The notes: generated from the sequence alone by a model not told the origin. A DNA stretch of 63,345 nt, filler included, from Dugesia japonica (GCA_001938525.1; 6 parts of 6 records of this genome joined end to end with filler, not necessarily neighbours in it), one strand, 5' to 3'; counted from the whole stretch's first letter, positions 1 through 12,570 are shown. Numbers and translations: made by a program.

Positions 1-1165
1 AATTTATCGTCTTGTGCTGACGTATCAACACAAAATATTGGATATAATTTATTGAAATCTTGTAAACTAAGTTGTGGGTTGACTTTAAATTCTTTACAGC
101 AATTTACATCTGAACTAAAAAAAAACATTTCATTATTTGCTACATTAAACTCAATTCTGTTGACTGGATAATATGTATTATTTAACTGTATTTGTATCGA
201 TTTTAAACTATTTGTTCCATCTGTAACNNNNNNNNNNNNNNNNNNNNNNNNNNNNNNNNNNNNNNNNNNNNNNNNNNAAATATATCTTGGTCTATAAGCT
301 AAATTTGCTAATTTAACAGAATATGTTGATCCTTCCCCCATATCAATAACAAAACAAATTCTATTTAAATAATTTGCATAAATAGATTTATTTGTATTTA
401 ATCTTTTTAATAGGCTTACTTCTGATCTTGGATTAAGCGTCCACTCAGGTATATGTAATTCTATCGTTGTTAACTTTAATTTTGCTGTTAATTTGTCTGC
501 TCCATAAAATAAAAGTTTGTCTTCTATTTGCCTGTTACATATTAATTCGATAAATACATTATTTATAACTCTATCATAATTCTGTAGAAATCCGAATAAA
601 TATTTTAAATCGAAATATCCTTCTAATTTCTTTGTGGCATTATATAATAATTTTCTTTTATAATAACCAGTATTAATATCTTCTACTGTAACATCATTTG
701 TTCCAGCATTGTTATCTGGAATCCATCCAGTCATTTCTCCATATTCTTTTTTATAATCAGAATCAGTTAAAATAAAGTTTAACNNNNNNNNNNNNNNNNN
801 NNNNNNNNNNNNNNNNNNNNNNNNNNNNNNNNNTTTAAAACTGATTCTACTTCTGTTAAACCTAATTTCAATCTTATATTACTAAATAAATTAGGAAAGA
901 AATTATTCTATAAAGTTCTATAATCTTTATCTGTAGTAAGCGTATTATAATAAAAGTAATATAATAATATAGTAATATAATCGTGCGTTGCAAATATCTA
1001 AAGGACTTGAAGATTGTGAAGATTGAAAAACAACGTCTCCTGATTTATTTAAATTAAAAAATAGAACTAGATGTTGGAAAAATATTTAATATATCGTTTT
1101 TCTTTATATCATGTTTAAATTCTTTATTATAACTTAAATTAAGCTTGGATTTCTGTTCAGATGTA
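1..1165 (-). pseudogene. Polinton/adintovirus-type double-jelly-roll major capsid protein, decayed, runs off window start
   Basis: Manual minus-strand translation across frameshifts gives NLNKSGDVVFQ..PLDICNARLYY, NLFSNIRLKLG, FDLKYLFGFLQNYDRVINNVFIELICNR, LTTIELHIPEWTLNPRSEVSLLKRL and LSLQDFNKLYPIFCVDTSAQ. These match, in order, the motifs I recall for invertebrate Polinton/adintovirus DJR capsids. The start position is approximate. Confidence 0.75.
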
Positions 1166-1242
1166 GCAATTTTTATTAATCTTATTATGATATTTATTTG
1201 AAAACCCTTTTAATTAGTTAATTTGATTAAAATATTATATGA

Positions 1243-1420
1243 TTACTAAAAATAGAGTCTCTCACGGGAGACTCTAAATATAGTATCATATTATTTTCAT
1301 TATTTATTACAAATAGATAAGTGGTAAACGAAAATTTAATTGAATTGTACATAGTTACTAAAAATAGAGTCCCTCGCGGGAGACTCTAAATATAATATCA
1401 TGTATTATTTTCATTATTTA
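1243..1420. repeat. Two ~65-bp direct repeats, each with a hairpin core (TAGAGTC..GACTCTA)
   Basis: TAGAGTCTC-tcacgg-GAGACTCTA at 1253-1276 and TAGAGTC-cctcgcggga-GACTCTA at 1365-1388, with shared flanks ttactaaaaa and ttattttcattattta. Confidence 0.85.
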
Positions 1421-1488
1421 AATTATCCTTTTAAATCCCTTTTATTATTTATCTTATTTATTAAAAATAATGTTATTTATCAATGTGT

Positions 1489-1709
1489 ATTAGTTGTTAA
1501 ATGGGATGGATGGCACTTGTGGTGTTTTTTGGAATTTTTCGCCGTTTTTTGCATGGTTCCATTTATTTTATTTAATAAATTTAACTAATTTATTGAAATT
1601 ATGGGTTTTCTGTTATTAAATAGTAAAAACTCACCAAACCAACCATTATGGACATGGGGAAAAAATCCAAAAATGCTATAGGTGTCATTCAGCCCATTTA
1701 ACAACTACT
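1489..1709. mobile_element. MITE-like element with terminal inverted repeats
   Basis: ATTAGTTGTTAAATGGG... at the left end and ...CCCATTTAACAACTACT at the right end; the imperfect inverted match extends ~50 bp. No TSD visible. Confidence 0.65.
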
Positions 1710-3035
1710 TTTATCTAGACTTAATAAATCTAATGCTATTGGAAGTATTATTGATACAAATCTAACATTTTATTTGTACAATACATTTTTCATAAATTTC
1801 TTATCCTTGGTATTTACAATTGACAACAAAGAATTTTTATGTTTTTTTCCGATGCTTTTCTTTGCTCTTCGTTTAAAATTACATTACCACGAACAATATT
1901 TACAATAATCTCGAGTAAATTATCTATAAAAATGATTTAAATGCTTGAAGAATTTCCATTCCCTTCATAGTGAGAGAATTCATTATTTTCCTTTATTTAA
2001 CAATATGTTCTCTATATCTCCATATTTTTTCTTATTTGTATTTATTTACCCTTATTTTTTTCTAATTTCTATTGAGTTTTAGTGCATATTTCACTCTTTA
2101 ATAAACGGTTTTTATATATTTCTTCAGATGCAATACTTCATCAACCTTTGAAGAGTAACATATAGTGATAAAATGACTCATTTAAATTTAATGATAGCTG
2201 GTATGTCATGCTTCATATTTAAAATAATAACAAATAATAACATAAGTACTGTATGTTTTATCATTGCCTTTTATTTTATGAATGCAACTCTTGTGATATT
2301 ATAGCATCATTTATAAAATGTAATTAAAGTTAAAGTAATATTTATGGTAAATTAAAGTTTTATTAAAAATAATGTGAAATTTAAATTAATTGTTTAAATT
2401 AAATCAATATTAAAACGTATTAATATTTTATGTTTTGTTTTATCATATCAATTTAATTCAATTAAGTGTGTATTCAATAAGTATATAATTGAATCACACG
2501 TTTCATTTCGTCTTATTTTCAAAGATCAGTAAGTGATTATTTTCCACCATTTTTTCTTTAATTTTAAAATTTTATTTTTAGATTAACGTCAATGTTTATT
2601 CATTTGAAAAATCAAATTTTCAATAATAATAATGGCAACGATAGTAATCCAATGAAAAAATAAATTAATCAAGTACATTTAATTTTTTAATTAATTTAGA
2701 TTAATTTTAATTCGTAGAGTATGTCAAATCATGGATTTAAGAATGTTTAAAATGTTTCAAATTACGGATTTAGTGTTCTTTTATCGGACAAAATATACTT
2801 TTCATGACACATGGAAATATGCCTTTTTTGTCAAATGGAAATATACCAAATTATGTTCAATCTTTACATAATTTTGTTCAAACTTTACCAAATTATGGAT
2901 CAAATGTTTCTAATTATGTATTAATTGCTTCCAATTATTTACAAAATGCATCCAATTTCGAATTAAATGCTTTCATTTACAGGTTAAATGTACCAAATTA
3001 TATGAACTTAAATCAAAAGGGTAGGATTTGATGAT

Positions 3036-3165
3036 AGAAGTGTATAAATGGCGTTTGCTGATAAAGGTTGTAACCTTCCATCACGAACAAATATGATTTG
3101 GGATAAAATAGTGTATAGTGAATATAAAATAACAATTTCTCGGCAAACGCCATTTATACACTACT
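3036..3165. mobile_element. 130-bp mini inverted-repeat element
   Basis: AGAAGTGTATAAATGGCGTTTGCTG ... CGGCAAACGCCATTTATACACTACT. No TSD visible. Confidence 0.6.
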
Positions 3166-3258
3166 TGGGNNNNNNNNNNNATTTTTTGAATTTTTAAATT
3201 TTTGGATTTAGATTTTTTGAATTTGGAAAAATATAATAAAACCTTTAATCAATAAAAA

Positions 3259-3856
3259 ATGGCTGCTAATAATGTGAATGTGAATGAAAACGTTATAATT
3301 TTATTGAAAATTCAGTTTTAACATTTTCAAAACAAAATAATTTAAGTGAGAAAACAGTGAGAAAATATTTAATAGAATTTAATATTCCTTATAATAGAAG
3401 AACAAAGATTAAAACTTTAATGAGAGATGTTAATGAACAATAAGAATCTTTCAAACAAAGATATGAGCGGTTGAAAAGACAAAGTGAGCTAACACAAACA
3501 AAGAATAAAAATAAAATCCTAAAAAAAATATAAAAAATAAATTATCAGAATAAAACAGTAGTTTTTTATTATTAATATTTTATTAATCGTATCGTATAGT
3601 TATGGTATGGTATGGTATCGTATAGTAATCGTACATTAATCGTATAGTAATAGTACAGTTAAAGTATTGTAAAATGTTTCTCAATAAAATGGTTAGTAAT
3701 GAAATAATACAAAGTGATTTTTATAAAAATTTAAAAAGTTATAATTTTATGGAAAACCCTATTTCAAAGTTTTGTAAACAAAATAATGTAAATGAAAAAA
3801 CAGTAACAAAATATTTAAAAGAATTTAATATTCCTTATAATAGAAAAAAACATTAA
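3259..3856 (+). pseudogene. Tandem pair of small basic HTH-like ORFs within the Polinton remnant
   Basis: FSKQNNLSEKTVRKYLIEFNIPYNRR (~3325-3402) and FCKQNNVNEKTVTKYLKEFNIPYNRK (ORF 3674-3856) are clear paralogues. The HTH call is inferred from the pattern. Confidence 0.45.
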
Positions 3857-4330
3857 AATTTCAGAAAGAGATNTAATTGGTCAATATAAATCTTTAATAA
3901 AACGATTTGATAAAAAAAATCAAAATCAACAAACACAAAATTCCATGAGACCTCAACAAAATCAAAATCCTATCAGAGCAATTCAGAACAACAAACACAA
4001 AAACCTAAAAACGATTATAATAAAATGTGTGATGTAGATTTTTTAAAATATATTGAAAATAAAATAAGAGGAACGGCAAACACAAATACTAGCCGAAGGT
4101 GAAAAATAATTTTTTATTTTATTATTTTATCACTAAAGAAAATGGCTAGTAAAAAACCAAACAATCAAAAACCAAACCAAGAAATTTTAACTTTAAACAG
4201 TTTTAGATTAAAAGTTTTACATTTACATTTTTATTTTTACATTAAAAAATATAAACTTCTTTCAATTTAATTTTTTTCCTTTATTTTTGCTTGTTTATTA
4301 TCAAGAACCATTAAGGTAGTTACATTTTGA

Positions 4331-7300
4331 TTGTTCAAATTATTTATAAATAAAATGAATATCACAAGTGGAATGCGCTTCGCTAGTGAAACGAATCAAT
4401 GCGCTTCAACAGTAATTTTTAAATGTTCTGTTTGTAACAAGACTTTTAAAAATAACGCAGGGTTGTCGTCGCATATCCAATCTCGAACCTGTGCAAGATC
4501 GGTAGACGATTATTACACATCTAAATTTTGTTTCAAAAGATTAGCCAGTGAAAAAGGTTTGCGATTACATTAAAACTCCACAAATTGTGAAAGTATTAGT
4601 GGGTATTCTGGAATTGGTGTATTTCCATTATTTTGTGATATTTGCAAATTAAACTTTACTAGACAAAATCATGCAAATCTCATTTTAATAGTGGAGTACA
4701 CCAAAAGCGTATTTGGAAATTGAAAAAAGAAGAAATTAAAAATAATTTGATGAATTACCTGGTGATGAGGTAATTGATTTTATAAAGAATGAAACTCGAA
4801 AATTATTTAAACATTTAAAAAATATTAAGTATTTTAAAATTGAATATTTTAAAGAAAGTATAATTAAATTAACTTGAAATGTACAAAAATTAAATTTTAA
4901 ATTAATAACCTGATTTAAAATAAATTACAAAAATTTTTGATGTATTTTTATTTTTTTTAATTTTATTTGATTATTCGAAAAAGAAATGGTGCGATTGAGT
5001 GTAAATTGTAATTACACTAAAGAAGATGAAGAAAGAATATTTAATTCATATTGAAGTAATGAAAGAATTACTGTAAAAGTAATGTAAAAATTATTGTGGA
5101 AGAGTTATTAAATCAACTAGAAAGATATATGGAAGATAAAGACCAAAGGAATCTGAATGGAATTTAGATAATATTGTTGATTTTAAAATTGAACTTTCTA
5201 AATATCAATCATTAGTTAGATCTTCATATACAAAATGACCATTTATTAAACCAGGTTTAATTAATATTACAAATAAAGATGATTTTTGTTTTCTATATTC
5301 AATTTTAGCTCATAAACATTTATTTGAAAATAATCAAAATATATATACAAATTATACTCCTTATTTAAATGAATTAAAAATAAATCAAATGAATTTTCCA
5401 GCAAGTATTGATGATGTAAAATTATTTGAAAAATTAAATGATTTTAAAGTAAATGTTTTTGAAGTAACATCAAAAGCCCAAAGGGACCCAAAAATCTATC
5501 CAGTTTATATTTTTCATTATGATAATAATCCTAAACCAGGGGAGAATAAATGTAATTTATTATTTTATAAAGGTCATTATATTTTGTGTAGAAATATTGG
5601 TGTCTTTGCAAATACTAATAATCATAAAAATGAATTGTATTTATGTGTTATGAATTCATATAGATTTATTAACTAATCATCAAAAAGAATGTATAAATCA
5701 TGATTCATCTTAAGTATATTTTGAATCTGATAAATATTATTCATTTAAAAAAACTATTTCTCAAATGAATTACTTTGTATAATTTATGGGGATTTTGAAA
5801 GTTGGACAGATATTAAAACTAAAAAACAAAAACCATTATCTCTTGAAATTTACATCAAAAGTAAATATCAACATTTAATTCAAAATGAATATAAAGAATT
5901 TTATGGTGGAAGTAATCAAGAAGAAAATATACATGAACAGTTCTTTCAACTTTTAGAAGAAAGTAATAATTAATTAATTGATATAAAAGAAAATAAATTA
6001 ATTGAATATTATACTAAAACAGATCATCCACAATTTACAAATCAAAACTGTAGATATTGTAATAAAAAGATAACTGAAAACCTAGTAATTGATTATGATC
6101 ACTTTAATGAAGAATTCAGAGGTTATGCTCATCAAATTTGTAATTTACAAGACAAATCAATAAAAGAATTATTTATACCATTCTATTTTCACAATGAATC
6201 TGGATATGAAAATCATTTATTTTTCAAAGAATTATTAACAAAATATCTAAAAGAAGTTAAAAGAATAATTCCACATACAGATGAGGTGTACATTTCCTTT
6301 GAATTTAGAAAAATTAGATTTTTAGATTCTTCAATAATGTGTCCATTTATATTGATTGATACTATAGGTAAATTATTAAATTAATCAAATAAATTTAATC
6401 ATTTAACATAATTTAATCTCAAAACAAAGAAAATATCATTTTCATATGAATATGTAAAAGGAGAAAATATTAATCAAGTAATTAATTTATTAAAATCAGA
6501 AAATATACCTACACAACAAAATTTTAACAAAAAACTAAAACAACAAAAAATAACAGAACAAGAATATAATGAATTTATACAAGATTTTAATCAATTTGGA
6601 AATTTNNNNNNNNNNNNNNNNNNNNNNNNNNNNNNNNNNNNNNNNNNNNNNNNNNNNNNNNNNNNNNNNNNNNNNNNNNNNNNNNNNNNNNNNNNNNNNN
6701 NNNNNNNNNNNNNNNNNNNNNNNNNNNNNNNNNNNNNNNNNNNNNNNNNNNNNNNNNNNNNNNNNNCTAAACAAAAATTAAAATATGCACAAGAAGATAC
6801 ATAATATATTCCTAAAAATAGAAAGAGGAGTTAGAGGGAGATATTCAAGGGTTTGTGGTGAAAGAAAAGTTTTTAATCATAACAATAATAAAAACAGTGA
6901 TTACAAAAAAATAAATCAAGCAGAAAAAAAATATTTATTAAAATTATTGAAAGAAGGAAAAACATTCCAAAAGACTTTTTTGGAGATACATTTATAAAAT
7001 ATTTAGATGAAAATTCTTTGTATGCTTCTTGCATGACCAAACCTTTACCTACAGGAGAAAAAGTTGAAGCAGATAATTTAATACATAGAAAATCAACTCC
7101 TGAAATTAATTATATTCATGAATTTCATTTAGAATATCCACAAGAAATACATGAAAAGACAAAATACTTTCCATTAGCTTCAGATAGAATAAATATAACT
7201 GAAGAAATGTTAGGACCATATCAATTAAGCTTTTAAAAGAAATTATCGAAGAAAAATATTAAATTAACATTAAATCAATTTGATAAACAAAATTATATTG

Positions 7301-8245
7301 TTTTAGGAGGTACATTAGATTTATATTTATTGCTAGGAATGAAAATTAAAAAAATACATAGTAAATATATCCTTCCGACAAAACCTTGGTTAAGAGAATA
7401 TATACAATTTAACATTAATCAAAGAAACACATCTAAAAGAAATAACGATGTGTTTGGAGATTATTTATTTAAATTATTAAATAATGCATTTTATGGTAAG
7501 ACTTTAGAAGATATTAGAAAAAGATGTAATGCAGAAATAGTTGGAACAGACAAAAATTATCAGAAATTCGCTTCAAAGATAAATTTTAGATCTAGCAAAA
7601 TATTGACTTGTACAGAAACACGAGAAGCTCCTTTGAGCCGCGAGCGCGAGTGATCAGAAACGTCAGCTATCCATTTGAGAAAAAGTAAATTAAAATAAAT
7701 TAATAATAAACTAATTAATTATAATAAATTCCCATATATAGGTTTCTCAATTTTAGAATACGCCAAAAAAGTAATTTATGATTTTATTTATAATCAATTA
7801 GATAATGCAATTCTAAATAAGTATAAAATACATTACTCAGATACAGACTCAATTTTTGTAGAAATAATTGGTCAAGAAAATTTAAATAAAGTCACAAGTT
7901 TATTAGATAATAATTTAATTCAAATGAAAAATGAAAAACCTAATAATGAAATAATTAAATGTGATTTTATTAAATAAAAAAGATATCCTTATGAATTTGA
8001 TAATCCCAACGGGATCCATAATAAATTAGTTAAAAGACATAAAGGAGTTTCTAAATTTAATGAGATGGGGATGAAGGAATTTGACAAAGCTTTAGAGACA
8101 AAAGAAATAATTTACGGAACAAGTATAGTTTAAAATCGAATAAACATGAAATTGAGTTAATTGAACAAAAAAAGATTGCTTTAACAGGATACGACGATAA
8201 AAGAATAATTGAAGATAACGGTGTAAGAACGTAGCCTCATGATAA
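4331..8245 (+). pseudogene. Protein-primed family B DNA polymerase (pPolB) of a Polinton/adintovirus, with N-terminal C2H2 fingers and an embedded endonuclease-VII-like motif
   Basis: Ordered motifs across stops and frameshifts: CSVC..HIQS C2H2, DDFCFLYSILA, NFP..FEKLN..VNVF, GHY, IYGDFES (Exo I), DYDHFNEEFRGYAHQICNL (endo VII-like), FHNESGYENH (Exo II), YLDENSLYASCM (motif A), FKLLNNAFYGKT (B), YSDTDS (C), KGV, ALTGYDDKRII. Confidence 0.92.
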
Positions 8246-8326
8246 TAAATTTTATTGATGAGTTTGTAATGAATTTCATATAAGGTTGGATAAGTTAAAA
8301 CGAAAATTAGAATGTAGTTTAATATA

Positions 8327-8393
8327 AAGTGTCTTACACGGAAGACTATTTCTAAAATCACAAAAGAAGTGTCTTATGCATAAGACTATTTCT
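8327..8393. repeat. Two 27-bp direct repeats with GTCTT..AAGAC hairpins between convergent Polinton genes
   Basis: aagtGTCTTacacggAAGACtatttct (8327-8353) and aagtGTCTTatgcatAAGACtatttct (8367-8393). Confidence 0.8.
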
Positions 8394-8888
8394 TTAATTT
8401 GTTAATAACATTTTGTTGTTCCTCGATTTGATTTTCAAGTTTCTTTAATAAATCACTTTCAAATTTACCTTCTTTAATTTTTTCATGTGAAATTAAATCT
8501 TTAACTTGTTTTACTATATTTTTGTTTATAGATATTTCTTCATCAGTTAATACATCATCAGATAAAGCTTTTTGGTGAAATAAAAATAAATTTATTTTTA
8601 ACAGTTTCTAATTCAAAGAATTAAATTTTTATACTTCTTCTTTTTTGATTTTATTAAAGATGAATTCAAAGTTCCAATAACTGGAATACAAGAAACTACA
8701 CTTGTTAAAATAATTGGAATTAAACTTGATCCAATTCCAAAAAATTCTAAAGAAATTAATATAGTTCCAGTTATTTCAACACAAGTTCTAATAAATATTT
8801 CTGTAAATCTAATAGAAGTATCTAACCTTCTCCATCTTTTATAAATCTTTTTATAATGATTAATTTTATCATCAATAAAATATAAATC
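8386..8888 (-). pseudogene. Adintovirus 'gasderminX'-like two-TM membrane protein, partial
   Basis: Translation KIINHYKKIYKRWRRLD, two hydrophobic segments (ITGTILISLEFFGIGSSLIPIILTSVVSCIPVIG), then FHQKALSDDVLTDEEI and a coiled-coil tail ending at TAG 8386-8388. The KAL.D..I...EF motif is characteristic of this family as I recall it. Confidence 0.6.
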
Positions 8889-8988
8889 NNNNNNNNNNNN
8901 NNNNNNNNNNNNNNNNNNNNNNNNNNNNNNNNTTAATTAATTAANNNNNNNNNNNNNNNNNNNNNNNNNNNNNNNNNNNNNNNNNNNN
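8889..8988. other. Artificial contig spacer (44N-TTAATTAATTAA-44N)
   Basis: Exact 100-bp structure with a six-frame stop linker at 8933-8944; repeated five times in the window. Confidence 0.97.
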
Positions 8989-9179
8989 ATCATAAATTAG
9001 CTCCTGCTTTAAAACAGAAATCCAAAAACTTTATAAAATTTAAATAAAATGAAGTTTCACAAAGTCAATCAAAATCTAATAAATTCATCTACATTCATAT
9101 ATTTAACACAATCTGTAACACGGAAAAGCTTATTTTATGAGGAACATAAAATCGTTAAATTTAATAAAATATTACAAAT

Positions 9180-9602
9180 TTATTTTAGACATTCTTTAAA
9201 TTGTTCTTCGATATTTGAAATTTCACTTATTAAATCAGTTAGTGCATCTTTGAAAACTTCCATTGGTGTAGTATTAGAAGTAGTTTGAACTCTAATCACA
9301 ACACAATGCTCCAGAGGATGTGGATTTTTGTATCCCGCAAATCTTACCTTCGGATGTTTTAACAATTGACTATTACAATATTAGTATATTTAAATAACAG
9401 AAATACCATACTATGTAATCATATTTCCTAGTGTATGATCTTCTTTATTTAAAGTAAAAATACCAGTATTAGGAACTTTTGATTCTCTATCAAATACAAT
9501 TCTAAAAGAAATACTAATTATTTATATAAATTAAAAATATATTTACTTTTTTTCTCCTTCTCCAAGAAGAAAAATTTCAAATTTATCTGGTAAATTAGAC
9601 AT
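9180..9602 (-). CDS. POLR2J: DNA-directed RNA polymerase II subunit RPB11, complete, 3 exons
   Basis: Exons 9602-9547, 9501-9412 and 9369-9180 with GT-AG introns of 45 and 42 nt. The spliced ORF is 111 aa: [70 protein letters not shown]...KECLK*. It contains the EDHTLGN and FAGYK.PHPLEH signatures. Confidence 0.97.
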
Positions 9603-11719
9603 ATTAAAATTTGAAAATTATACTTAATTTGTAATAATATTTAAACAAATATTTTATNNNNNNNNNNNNNNNNNNNNNNNNNNNNNNNNNNNNNNNNNNN
9701 NNNNNNNNNNNNNNNNNNNNNNNNNNNNNNNNNNNNNNNNNNNNNNNNNNNNNNNNNNNNNNNNNNTAAAATTTTAATTATAAAACTCAGAGATTCTGTT
9801 TTTATATAATAAAAATATATTCAATTCAATTCAACGAAGGATATAATCAAATATCGCTTGTTGAATTAAATGTTACTAGGTAAACCCCCTCAAAAATGAC
9901 GGTTTGTAAATAAAATTTTTGTATTCTAAAAAGAGCATAATGATCTGAAAAAATACCATAAATAGTCACTCGTCAAAATATTTACTAAAATTAATTAAAT
10001 TATTTAATAAAAGAAAACGTAAAAGGCTGAATGTAATTTAATTAATAATAAATTAATCTATAAGTATTAAAAATATTAAATAAGCTTAAAGTTCTGCCGG
10101 ATTAAAATTTTAATTTTGCAATTTCATAAAAGATTGCAAAACAAGTTTTAGGAAAATTATTTACATCGCAGAATTTTAACAGCCAAAGGCCTATATTATT
10201 TATTCATTTATAAGTAAAATGAAAATTCTATTTCAATAAATTTTGATTTATTCAAAATTTTGTTGGCTTTTACTTATAAGCTTGGTTCAAAAATTTAAAT
10301 TGGTTCANNNNNNNNNNNNNNNNNNNNNNNNNNNNNNNNNNNNNNNNNNNNNNNNNNNNNNNNNNNNNNNNNNTTTTTATCATTTTATTTCAAAACTAAA
10401 TTGTTATATTTACTATTATAATCTTCAAAAATATTTTTTAAAATTATTTTTAATAGTTTTTTCTTAATTATTTGGAAGTTTTTCAAAATTTTTGGCATCT
10501 TTAACTTTTAGATAATAAATATTGTTTCGAATATAGATATTTTAAATTTTGTAATTTTTCTGGATTTTTTCTATTACAAAAATTAAAAATATTTTGGTTA
10601 TTATCATTGAATTTCAAAACCAAATTCACTATTGTGATTTTTAAAAATATTTTTTTATCAATTTTTTTCGTTTTTCAATGATTTCCTTTTTGCCAACAAC
10701 TTCTTTTTATGATTCACATAAAATGATAGATGTTATGACCTGCTCTGATTTCTTGTAACTTTAAAAAATAACAATCACTATCATCTTGAGATTGAAAACT
10801 TCATTTTTAAATAATCAATATTTTTACTTTATTGATTAAATTTTTTATCAGAGTAATTTGCATGTTTGTTTGATCTAGTTAAAGCATCTTGTACTAAAAA
10901 CANAACAATTACTTAAGACTAAGAGGAAATTGTTCATTTTATTATCGTTCTCTGATTTTAGTGTTTTGTTTCTTCTTCATCGTCTGAATCCACTACAATA
11001 AAATATATAAATATCTGCATTCGTTTGCTTGCTGGTGACGTCAGTAACCATTCTCCATTATCTAGCAAAGCGATCAATTCAGCACTCTCTGAAACTCGAG
11101 ATTTTTAACTTTTGTTTTTTCCAGTTTGATTTACTTCTTAGAATTTAATTCTCTTATTTTCTCATAATTCTTGTATCCTTAAGAGATAAAGTAATTTTTT
11201 TCACATTGAGATTCAATTATTGTATTTTCTGTACAACACGATTCTTAATAGGAATTTAAGTATTGTTTCTGAACTTTTAGATTAATATACCACTTCTAAA
11301 TAATTCATCATAATTTATGTTGTAATTACTATTATCCTATAAAAGAGTTGGCCTCCCTATCTCCAGGCGTAACTTTAAAATTAAATTAAAAACCACTGCA
11401 TTATAAGTTATAATAAACTTTATTTAAAAAGAAAAAAAATGAATTTGTTGGGCTTAAAATAATATATTTATATATTTCTGTTTTTTCTTAGTTTAAACGT
11501 CATATTTAATTTAAANNTCATATTTAATTTAAATAGAGTACGAATAGTTGTAAAATCTACATTCTGATATTTCTCAACAATTCGATGACACATACGATAT
11601 AATAAAAAGTGCTTTATTAATCATTACCCACTGTATCACATTGTCAGCAACAAATCAAATGCCAGATTCAACTAGAGTAAAAAGAAATTTCAAAAAGAAA
11701 ATCATTTTACAGCTATGCA

Positions 11720-11970
11720 GTTTACAATAATGTAATTTAAATTTCCCATGTCTCTATATTCATTTAAAATAAAAGCTTTGATTATAATTTTTTTATTGTT
11801 TTTTTGAGTCAAAAAGTCAATACCTGACGAATACAAAGTCGAAATATCGAGTCAATCTGAAAAAAACGATAAAAATCTTTTTGATCGAAGCTTTTATTTT
11901 AAATGAATTCTAAAAAACGATCAATGGTTACGTCCAACAATTATTCTCACAATAATTGCAATTGTAAAAA
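11720..11970. repeat. Dispersed palindromic repeat family with a hammerhead-like core (copy 1)
   Basis: CATTTAAAATAAAAGCTTTGAT (11761) is inverted relative to TTGATCGAAGCTTTTATTTTAAATG (11881). Core CTGACGA-a-TAC-aaa-GTC-GAAATATC at 11824-11848. Confidence 0.7.
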
Positions 11971-12570
11971 ATATAAACCTAAAATCAATGTAAATCATCC
12001 ACTTAAAATTCAATAAAACAAAATAAATTCAAAATTCATTTCAAGTAATAACATGAATAAATAAAAAAAGAATCTTTTAATAAGACTTTTATCAAAACTT
12101 TTGATTTTTAACAAAAAATAAAATAAATCCTTTTGATATATGCCTTTTAATTTATTGACATTCTAGAAATGCGATCAATGGTTAAGTCCCACAAATTTTT
12201 TAGTAATAATAATGATAAATTTAATTGATCACATTGTACTTGCACTCTCTTTCTGTTGATAATATCTTCGGTATCTTGCATTCTTGTTGGATTACGTTCT
12301 CATATGGCTCGAAACAGAACAATTCAGAGATTTTTGCTTAAATTTTTTACTTTGGCTGCAATAGAAAATTTGTTTTTCAAATTATTGCTTTATTTGATGC
12401 TAAATTCCCGGTTTCCTCTGTCTGATGCTTTGTACATTTTTCAAATTCAAGTTATTGTAGCATATAGCTTTTCATAGGTTTTCATAAATATCTGTTTCAA
12501 AAAATAATTTCTATTGTTTGGGATTTGCACGTTTTAAATTTTTCATTTTTTATTATCAGGTATTAACTGA

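Noticed and set aside
8250-9602. RPB11 captured by the Polinton, forming a viral transcription module with the TBP-like gene
   Set aside because: An artificial spacer separates them. RPB11 is an intact intron-containing host gene, and the TBP-like gene is on another contig.
9828-9868. Hairpin upstream of RPB11 as a structured ncRNA
   Set aside because: Single AT-rich imperfect stem with no family features; could arise by chance.
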